Part shown: positions 22,618-31,640 of the stretch, piece by piece | Layout: each line of letters starts with the position of its first letter | Position numbering within the stretch: the stretch's first letter is position 1 | Assembly (NCBI GenBank): GCA_900617105.1 | Contig: UYFQ01000077.1 | Span: forward strand, 1 to 50,977 | Direction of reading: 5' to 3' | From: Hydrurus foetidus | Taxonomy: Eukaryota | Length of the DNA stretch: 50,977 nt | Notes under the pieces: generated by a model | What the model saw: the letters and a program-made list of their open reading frames with translations, nothing else | What the model was told of the DNA's origin: nothing | Database searches by the model: none | Made by a program: the position numbers and the translations under genes

Positions 22618-23433
22618 TCACATGTAGACCTGATCAATTTGTAGAGCTACCATATTAATCATCAGAGATAAACTGTAAAAAGACAAACTGACGGCAAGTA
22701 CGTACAGACAAAAACCCAATACTGACATATTTGACTGTATTGATGTGCCCGGCTCAAGGCGAGACCTCATTTGCATCGCTTTTCGAGAGAAGCTGTGCGC
22801 ACAAAAATAGATTTTCCCTGGACCCACAATCTTCAGAAATGTGTCCTTTCCGCCGAATAAAAGAACGATGTTTCTAAATGGATTAACAATCGAAATTTTG
22901 CAGGTCTCCTCGAAAGCGACCATACAGTGGAATTTTATTACCAGAGATTCGCCAGACTTCAATTCCTTCATAAGTATCGACCCGCCACTCTGAAGGAAAA
23001 TCTTTCCCTCAATCGAATTAGAGTGCCCAATTGACGACGAGCTACAATAGTGTGCCTTATTAAAAAGATGAGGAATTCCAATGGTTGTTAAAGACAAATC
23101 AAAAGGCAATACCCTCGGATTAACTGTCACTTCTTCCGTTGCGCAAATAAAGGAGTCTTTAAAGCAGTAGATAGGAATGATAGGCTTAAGAACTAATATT
23201 TTCCCACTCCCAACTTGATTCAGGCTCAGAATTGCAGGTGATGTTGTTTCGTTGATGGCATCACCAATTGCGATGGATGTCGATAGTAATCTGGCGAGGA
23301 AGAGCCCCCGCGACTGAAGAACTAGCGCATTTGAGCACCAGCACAGTGAGTTCATGTCAATTGTCAACTTGTGACCAGGCTGTAAAACAAACTGCATTGT
23401 TTGAACCTCGTCTCCGCAAATCATGTAATCCAT
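22618..23433 (-). CDS. AIM24-family protein with a C-terminal hydrophobic segment (3' end may be spliced)
   Basis: MDYMICGDEVQ..LQPG start, KDSFIC, GKIFLQSGGS, LKSGESL..HCMVAFE, LFGG..FLKIVGPGKIY. Confidence 0.75.
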   Translation of the reverse strand: MDYMICGDEVQTMQFVLQPGHKLTIDMNSLCWCSNALVLQSRGLFLARLLSTSIAIGDAINETTSPAILSLNQVGSGKILVLKPIIPIYCFKDSFICATEEVTVNPRVLPFDLSLTTIGIPHLFNKAHYCSSSSIGHSNSIEGKIFLQSGGSILMKELKSGESLVIKFHCMVAFEETCKISIVNPFRNIVLLFGGKDTFLKIVGPGKIYFCAHSFSRKAMQMRSRLEPGTSIQSNMSVLGFCLYVLAVSLSFYSLSLMINMVALQIDQVYM

Positions 23434-23607
23434 TGCACTAATTCAGCGTCGAAGCTGATAGAAAAGTCCTCAGATGAGAAGAACGCTACGCTGTCGGCAT
23501 GGAGATGCGATTTGTTATCACTGTTCTCGTTGACCGATCTGAAGCAGTACAGCATGGGTTTGAGGGTCTCAGTGAGGTCAATAGTGGGTGTGCAGGAAAA
23601 AATATGA

Positions 23608-23679
23608 TGCCTCCTACGTGAGTCGAACACGCGACCTTCCCCTTACGAAGGGGATGCTCTACCACTAAGCTAAAGAGGC
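23608..23679 (-). tRNA. tRNA-Thr (anticodon CGT), intronless
   Basis: GCCTCTTTAGCTTAGTGGTAGAGCATCCCCTTCGTAAGGGGAAGGTCGCGTGTTCGACTCACGTAGGAGGCA folds as a cloverleaf. Anticodon arm TCCCC-TTCGTAA-GGGGA. T6 Pol III terminator just downstream. Confidence 0.95.
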
Positions 23680-23855
23680 TCTGCTCTCAGGTGAAGAAAT
23701 TGCAAATAGAAAGACAAAAAATATATCAGAGTTCCAATTATCGTCGTCGTTGAACAGATTCATGTTCATATTATGGAGTATGGAGCACACTTCGGGACTT
23801 CCACTTCGAGGAAGGTTGCCAACCAGTGGAAGGCAGTAAGAGCTATTGTCAACGT

Positions 23856-26659
23856 ATGACGGCGACACGGGCCTTCTTCGGGGCACTGACCCTTATCCTG
23901 ACGTCTGGCTTCGCAAACCGATATCAGATGAGAGGTACAGTCAGATCAATTCCTAACTGCAGAGTAACATCGATTGGATTGTCAATACGGCAGATGACTC
24001 TTCAGAAGAATGCTGGCATTACTTCATCAATGCAGCTCTTTGGTGAAGTTGCACCGAAACGTAACGGGCTTGGGAAACCGAAGGGCTACTGGGATGCGAA
24101 GTCGAGGTATATTCTGGAGAAACATAACCTATCTGGTCTTCCAGATATGAGCAAGCCTTTTCTTGTATTGGGTATCGAGTCATCTTGTGATGACACCGGT
24201 GTGGCAGTAGTGCGATCAGACGGTCATATACTGTCAAATGTGGTGTATTCTCAGTATGAGATTCATCAGAAATTTGGAGGTATAGTACCAGGTCTAGCAA
24301 TGGAAGCGCATAAAGGTAATATTGAGAAAGCAGTGAAGGAGGCAATTCAACAAGCAGGATTGTCCAGTGTAGCTGAAATTGATGCTATAGCCGTCACGAG
24401 AGGCCCCGGATTGGAAATCTGCTTGAGAGTTGGATTTCAAAAAGCACAGGTATTAGATAAAGTTGCCAATGGCTGATAAGCGAGAAATTCCTAAGATTGG
24501 TGGTAGAATTCGACAAACATCCGCAAAAGATATTAGAAATGATTTTGCGTGTATTGTTGCAGTTCGCTTCATATCCCGCATTGTCATTCTTCATAGTATA
24601 CTGGTCAATGACAATGACATTCCTTGACCATTGCATATCCCGATACGCATCTGCAGGCCTTAGCGAATGAGTTTCAGAAGCCTTTTGTTGCAGTCCATCA
24701 TTTGGAGGCACACTGTGTGATGGCTAGATTATCAGGAATAGAGGTAGTGAGAGAGGTAGAAGCGGGTGCTGATGTTCAAACTACTGTCGAGAGCGGTGAT
24801 GGAGACAGTCAAGTGGCTGTAAGCAATACCGTATTAGAGAAGAATAGTGCGATTACACAGAGCACAATTGATGATATGGAAACTGCAATTACATCAGAAC
24901 AAAAAGGAGAGACATTGACTGACGTCACATCAGAGGATTCTGAGATGCATGTCTTTGTCCCGAAAGTTGAGTATCCATTTTTGGCTCTTCTGGCTTCCGG
25001 AGGCCACACATCAATTTTACTTTGTAAAGCACTGGGAGAATATGAAATAATCGGTGGTACACTAGATGATGCTCTTGGGGAAGCATTTGATAAAGCAGCA
25101 AGATTACTGGGATTGACTTGTGCTACCAGTGGTGGAGCTGCGGTAGAAAATGCAGCGTTAAAAGGAAATAAAAATTCCTATCCCATGACCGTACCGATGA
25201 GAAATAAATTAAGTTGTGATTTCAGTTATTCTGGACTTAAAAATGCATTTCGTCAGGCTGTGCAGTCTGCAAGGGAAAAAGAAGGATTAGATGTAAATTC
25301 CACCAATGCGCCTGCAAAACAAATGGAAGAATCACCGGAAATAGTGGTACAGTCAACAACCCTTATTCTGAATTTTTGATCCGCATTTACGGCTGATATT
25401 TGAATTCCTATTTTATGACGATTATTACGCTGAGAATGATTGAGAACTTTACTTGCAGTGTAGATTCCACCCATAATGTGTACACTGAAATTGAGTGGTT
25501 CTCTCCATCAATTGCGATTTATGATATCTCCCAGTAATAAATCAATTCCATTTTTATGCTTTTCTCATCTTACCTTACCCAGCTCATCTTATCTCACCTC
25601 ATCTTTTCTCACCTCATCTTATCTCACCTCACCTTATCTCACCTCATCTTATCTCACCTCATCTTATCTCACCTCATCTTATCTCACCTCATCTTATCTC
25701 ACCTCATCTCACCTTATCTCACCTCATCTTATCTCTCACCTCATCTTATCTCACCTCACCTCATCTCACCTCATCTTATCTCACCTTATCTTTGTTCAAT
25801 CTTGGCTTTTACTTTTTTTCCGCCAATTTTTTTTTTTTCAGAGTTTGTCCGCTGACTCAACAGCTGATCTGTGTGCGAGTTTTCAATCAGTAGCATTTGC
25901 ACATGTTGTCGACAGACTAAAACACGCCATTAACTATGTCGAAGATAATGATGTGCTAATAACAGCATTAGTCGTTGTTGGAGGTGTTGCAGCAAACAAA
26001 GAATTAAGAAGGTTTGTGTAAAATAGAATATTATTTTTTATCACTTCTGTGATTTAACAGGCAGTTATATTGTCCATTCTAACTTTTCATTTCGACTTAT
26101 AAAACTCTTCCCTCCCTTCCCTTCTCGCAACATCAACGCATAAATATACAAACATTCTCATGTACGTTCGTTCATGCATACACAGACAATTACTGGACCT
26201 TCTCGAATCTCGTGCAATTGGCACGGACGTACGTCTCACAACTATTAGAAGCAAAAAATATCCTGATGAAGATTTTCCACTCATAGTAACGAAACCGATC
26301 AGTTTAATATTCCCGCCACCTAAATTGTGTACGGATAACGGGGTAATGGTTGCGTGGGCTGGCGTGGAGAAATTGTTACTGGGAATTTCTGATGAAATCA
26401 ATGGACAGGTGAGAAGACATTGGGAAAACTGGATGTGATGCAGAAAAAAGATGATGCGTATCTTGTTATTTGTGTAGACTCACTTTATCATGAACCGAAA
26501 TGCCTCGAAGAATGATATTACTTCTATTAATTAGTCACTTTCTTTTTAACTCATTTCAACACTCAGGAAGTTGTTTCTAGATGGCCATTAGGTGGTCCTA
26601 TAGATAACGGTAATGCGACATTCCGAAAAGGTGGTCTGCGCGATATCTCCAAACAATAG
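23856..26659 (+). CDS. tsaD: tRNA N6-adenosine threonylcarbamoyltransferase, organellar TsaD/Qri7/OSGEPL1 type; 5 exons
   Basis: VLGIESSCDDTG, GGIVP, AVTRGPGL, HHLEAH, ASGGHT, DDALGEAFDK, DFSYSGLK, VVGGVAAN, CTDNGVMVAW. Exons approx. 23856-24449, 24657-25346, 25842-26011, 26185-26408, 26567-26659. Signal-like N-terminus ending TSG-F. Confidence 0.93.
25583..25790. repeat. 15-bp minisatellite (CTCATCTTATCTCAC)n in a tsaD intron
   Basis: Seen directly. Built from the pentamers CTCAT, CTTAT and CTCAC. Confidence 0.95.
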
Positions 26660-27522
26660 AGTTACAGAAAGAAGCAGATTAGGTGAATGTAAAAGAAGTG
26701 CCAACTTTTTCCTTGTTCTTTTTTTCCCTTCCTAACTTTCCTCCCCACTTCCTTTCATGGCTAATAATGATTATCTTCGTACAAGAGTGCGGTGGAATTT
26801 TTTTTAATGTTTATTTGTATATCTGAAATAGATTATATCTTCAATCAAAAAGCAAAATTTAATACTACTGTGGAACTAAAAAAACAAATAGACTAATTTT
26901 GAGACTATTAAGCACTACCCAATGATCAGACGGGATGCGGCTTGTTCCGGCTATTTAGAGGGGACGTTATCATGGAATCAGTTCTAGGGTCTTCATGTAT
27001 TTGACAGTGGGTGTTGATGTGTTTACTTGATGATGAGTAATGTGGGCGAATCTGATGTGTCCTGCCCAACTTGTTAGAGTATCTGAAATTGAAGATTCAA
27101 TGGCATGCAATGTGACGTACGGACGACAAAACTAGAGCAGCCGAAGAATGGGAATGTGAGGACGGACCATGGACCTTACTGTTGGAATCTGTGCATTTAT
27201 ACGGTACTGACGTCATTCAATTCAATGCGACATGATATATGATGCAATGCGAATGGTATTCAAGAGTAGAAGACAAAAAACAGCGCAATTAGTCAGCATG
27301 ATTGATGCACAGCACTGTTAGAGAAAAGATAGTGGAAGGTAGTATGGCAGGATAGTGTTCTGTTCTGTTCTTATCCTTCCTTTCAGTGACGTTTGTGGTA
27401 TCACATCGCATCGCCCTAATAGATGATGTCATCGTGACTCATAATATTGTATCGCAAAACTCGAAATGGCCTGCCTGCCACTTGCCAACTGCAGATGCTA
27501 AATACTGCTCATTTGTGTCTCA

Positions 27523-29040
27523 CTAGAGAGGAGCTTCTCTATCAGAGGACTTAGGAGACTTCTTTGCATTGCTTCTTAGTATGTCTTGGACATCCTTATA
27601 GCCCAGACCAATGGCGATGTCTAATGGTGTGAAGCCAGCAGCGTCAACCACATCAACAGATGCGCTCATCTGACACAGCAGCTCAACACACAGAGTATGC
27701 TGGCCGAGACATGCAAGGTGCAATGCTGTCCTCGAACCCTCTCCCACACTCCCATTCTCACCCCCACAACCAGTCACATTCCCAGCCCCATTTCCATTCC
27801 CTTTCCTTCTCTCGTTACTATTTTCATCTTCACCATTTTCTTCTCCTAACTTCACATTAATATCAGCTCCTGCAGCTATTGCTGCCATTATTCCGATTAA
27901 ATCTCCATCTGCAGCAGATTTAATTAAGTGGCCTTCTTTCTGCGCCATAGTTGCGTTCCTTGCAAAGGCAAAGTTTCTATGCACGTATTTCTCAATGATG
28001 AATTTTTCTCTGTCTTCCATACTTGAAGTTGAAGTTGGCTTACGTACTACATCAACTTCAACTTGGGGAAGTTGTGCTTCCCATACAGCATTTGAACGTT
28101 CATTTCCGATTGTCAATAGTAGCTGCAGACTGTTATACGTCCATTTATCAAGTGCAATAGATCGTACTTTTGATACGTGCGTGCCTAGTTTTCTATGTAT
28201 TCCACTGCAATCGATACAGACCATGATACATAGATTTAATGACGCCCATTCTGGCGCTAATGCGCCACAGTCCGCGCAGAATAAATTCACAGCTCTCAAT
28301 TCCTCAAGTACACTTTGTCCAGGGACGAAAAATGCAGAAGCTGTCTCACGCATATCAACACCGATGTCAGATGAAAGTGTTTTAGTCAGAGCCCCCTCTA
28401 TTTGTTGCCTGATCACACGAACCCAATCGTTCATGTCGTCGCGATTATCGCCTTGCAGCTCATAGATACCTCCACCAGCTTGAGAACCGCGATGTCCAGG
28501 TGATATGATCTGAAACTCGATATCTGAAATTTCCTTTGCAGTCGATATTAATAAATTCGCCACCTGCCTTGCATTGACATTCTTCCGACCGACAAGTTCC
28601 TCACTTTCATGAACATAGAAAAGCTTGCCATCTTTTATGAAAAAATATCTTATCAACCAATCTTTCCTAATTCCAGACGACTTCTTCTTTAAGTAGCCAG
28701 CTTTACTGATACCGTCTGTGAAAACATTCTCTAAAGTTTCACCTTGATAATCCTCTTCGTTTTCAATATCCATCGAGTTCCCCCTCTCAACATCGACCAT
28801 GGGGTTACTGACAGCCGGGAATAGTAGCGTGCTGATGTCAGCATTCTGTTTGCTCCTCAAGGACTTCTGAGATTTATTTTTTGGCGAGCTTCCACCATCT
28901 TTCTCTATCCTGACCTCATCATATAGTTCCTCTGCCTCCACAGGCTTTCTATCGTAATATCTAATCTTCAACCAGTACAATATAGCAACCGCAGCTACTG
29001 CGAATAGGATACCAATTACAGCACCAGCTTCACTTGGCAT
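27523..29040 (-). CDS. ArfGAP with PH domain and ankyrin repeats (ACAP/centaurin-like) and an N-terminal transmembrane helix
   Basis: PH domain (KAGYLKKK..DW..RYF..DWVRVI). ArfGAP finger CADC..WASLNL..CIDCSGIHR. Ankyrin motifs TALHLAC and TPLDIA. TM helix at residues ~6-24. Intronless, 505 aa. Confidence 0.92.
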   Translation of the reverse strand: MPSEAGAVIGILFAVAAVAILYWLKIRYYDRKPVEAEELYDEVRIEKDGGSSPKNKSQKSLRSKQNADISTLLFPAVSNPMVDVERGNSMDIENEEDYQGETLENVFTDGISKAGYLKKKSSGIRKDWLIRYFFIKDGKLFYVHESEELVGRKNVNARQVANLLISTAKEISDIEFQIISPGHRGSQAGGGIYELQGDNRDDMNDWVRVIRQQIEGALTKTLSSDIGVDMRETASAFFVPGQSVLEELRAVNLFCADCGALAPEWASLNLCIMVCIDCSGIHRKLGTHVSKVRSIALDKWTYNSLQLLLTIGNERSNAVWEAQLPQVEVDVVRKPTSTSSMEDREKFIIEKYVHRNFAFARNATMAQKEGHLIKSAADGDLIGIMAAIAAGADINVKLGEENGEDENSNERRKGNGNGAGNVTGCGGENGSVGEGSRTALHLACLGQHTLCVELLCQMSASVDVVDAAGFTPLDIAIGLGYKDVQDILRSNAKKSPKSSDREAPL

Positions 29041-29283
29041 TTCAGAACCTGAGATCTTACGAGGCAGCTACAAAACTAAAAATGCCAGAATAAAATGAAG
29101 TTCTGGGGCAAACAGCCTCGCTACTGATCACATAGCGGCTGCTGATCAAATCGGATTCTCTGCAATGCCGCTGCCTCCATCACCGCTGTTACGTGCTGTT
29201 TTTTGGCAGTTAGGCAGTTAGGTCGATCAAATTGAGCGAATCAGACCTCTCTGCTGAACGAACCCCGAACCCAGAACTTTAAC

Positions 29284-29614
29284 TCAAAGGATACCGTACG
29301 GTAGTATGGGTTCTCTGGAGCGGCTAGGAGCAAGGGCCGCTGACCGCTGTCGGCCCCTGGAGGGACGGCTGCGGAGGGGAAGAGGTCGGGGGGACGGGAC
29401 CAGGGGCGATGACGATGACCGCGTTGGATTGACGCGCAGCGGAGAAGAGTTCCCCATGCTGCTGTTACGTCATGGATCTTTTTCGAATTATTATTTAGTA
29501 TATTTTCAAATTATTATTTAGCACGCCCGTTGGTTGTCGACAAGCTTGATTGAGAGCGTCGTCTCACAACATTTTGATTAGCTTTAGCCTTCTTAGTCTA
29601 ACGCATTTTTGTCA
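29284..29614 (+). repeat. Split direct repeat A1 (331 bp)
   Basis: No difference seen against 35625-35955. Confidence 0.95.
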
Positions 29615-29624
29615 ATTCTACGGG

Positions 29625-31249
29625 ATGTCAACTACTTCTGCTTCGGTCGAGACCGGTGGAGTGACGGTTCCAGCCTACCAGCGGGCCACCGGTGCAATGA
29701 CGCGTGCCCTGGAGCATGCAGCGTCGATCGTGGCGGGCCACACGGACGACGAAGGGGAGTGTTATGCCATGATAATGGCCACTTCGGTCCCGGTCGCAGA
29801 CGTTCCGGCGAATTCTGTTGTACTGATACCTTTGGACGTACCACTGGCGGACCAGGTGCTGGACTTCACCTTCCTTGCAGGGTGCAAGTCCATGTTTTTC
29901 CAGGTGCATGAAAAGCCGCAGCCCCGGATGACATATGGTCACTGCTCCAACTACTCCGCGGGTACCATGGATCGGCCCATACCGATCGGAACTCTCTTGA
30001 AGTTCCCGTCAATGAGTCACTACGTAGTGGCTCAACCGCGCCTGCTGCAAGCTTTGAAGGCGTCTTTAGAGCCTGCGGTGGGAGGTGTGACAGGGGCAGA
30101 ATCAGCGAAACGCCCTTGTCTTCGCCCACTGGAGGGGGGGGTGAGCAGGGTGAAGACACGACAGGCAAAACGAAAGGTATGTCTATCGTAGATCTAGATG
30201 GGGGAGAGCATCCCACACGCAACAAGACCGATCTGATACAACGAGAGAGGGACTTGGGGTGCACATATCGCGCTATGGATGCGGCGAAACACCACTACAG
30301 TATTCGGGCTGATGTCACCTTACAACCGGATCACTATCGAGGGATGCTGTTCGAGCAGGGGGCCACCCAAACCATCGACAGACACCCCGCGTTTATCTCT
30401 TGCGGCCTTATGAACCGGATCGAGAATCTACCGGTTCTCGGCGAGATCGGTAAACTTAAACTGCTACTCGTGGGTTCAGTCCTCACCGACAATGGCGAAC
30501 CCACGCTGCTTTTGGAGGACTTTGTTTCGGGGGAAAAAATCTCGAGCAAGCCATCGCCATGCCCGTCCAACAACGCGGGTTTGGTGATGGCTTTGAAGAA
30601 TGTGCAAATGGTCCTGCAAGTCTGCTTCTCGGATGTTTTTGGGACAGCGCTGGACGAGTTCATCGATAAGCTGGAAGGAGTTTGCAGGCCCATGGAGTTG
30701 GTGCCAGCAGACTTCTTGAAATACTCCGTCCAGTTGAGCTTCAAGCGATTCTTTCGCGAGGTTTCAACGGTGAGAGGCCCGGCTTTGCAAGCTGGCCTCT
30801 CGTTAAAGACCCCTGAGCTCTGCGCATCGCATCTCGCGGCGATTTTTGGTAAGCTGGCAACGGATCTTGCAGATCATCCATGGATGGTAATGAGAGAAGC
30901 TTACTTCCGTCTGCGCGTTGTTCGACCTTTGGTCTCTTTCTCAGCTGAGAAGACGCCGAACAAGAAGGAGGCGATGGCTAGTAAAGCGGAGAAGCAGACG
31001 GTAGCAACCGTCACTCCGCTGGACGTCAAGAAGGAGCTCAGTTCGCGGCCATGCGTCGGCCATCTGGGAAACCTACTTGGAGCGGTGAGCAAGGACGGGC
31101 GTCCTTACGTGTGCAAGTTTGGGAAGGAGTGTGCGTTCCGCCACCTGTCAGTAGAGGACAAATCTAAGCAACGTCTGCTAGATATTGTCGGCTCTCTGAC
31201 AGCGATTCCACGAGGGGACTTGACACGGGCGATTCTGAAGAGATCCTGA
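29625..31249 (+). CDS. gag: gag-like protein, split by a 1-nt frameshift at the G8 run 30134-30141
   Basis: ORFs 29550-30191 and 30116-31249 join if one G is added. First ATG after A1 in this frame is at 29625. C-terminal C-x5-C-x3-H finger (CKFGKECAFRH). Confidence 0.7.
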
Positions 31250-31640
31250 CTTCCGGAGGCGGTGCCGCCTACTAACACAGGTGTGTATCACTGAACGCTA
31301 GAGCTTTTGTCGGGTCGATCTCCCGATCGGCAGCCTGTCATGTACTCGTTTGTCTGCGTGTTGGCGATGAGTGTGCTAGACAGTGCTGTATTAGCGGCCT
31401 CGATTGATTGTCATGGGGCCGCTGCCGAAAGTAGACAGTAAAACTGGTTGTTGACTGTCCTATGTTTAACACTGACGCATGCGGTCGCGAATGTACGACC
31501 CGCGGAAAAAGGGATCCAGGGGTGTCTGGACCCTCCGCATGCGGTATAATTGATGCATATCGTCGCATGATACCCTTGTTCTGGGCTGTGTTTATCATGC
31601 GACCGTAGCATCGGGCATTACGCTGACGCACCTGAGTGCC

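Noticed and set aside
23421..23886. Possible upstream AIM24 exons that would place the tRNA in an intron
   Set aside because: The ORF at 23433 already starts with the family-typical N-terminus, and the upstream ORF overlaps the tsaD start.
25476..25855. SSYLT / LILSH repeat ORFs
   Set aside because: Translation of an intronic minisatellite in tsaD.
29306..29521. 71-aa ORF duplicated at 35647-35862
   Set aside because: Lies within the A repeats. The duplication reflects the repeat and there is no coding evidence.
31360..31440. Hammerhead-like gcGATGAG...cGAAA
   Set aside because: The core lacks CUGANGA (reads GCGAUGA) and the stems do not form the hammerhead junction.
31465..31530. Twister-like TAACACTG...GCGGTC...CCGC
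   Set aside because: I could not build P1/P2 and the two pseudoknots with the conserved GA. Resemblance only.
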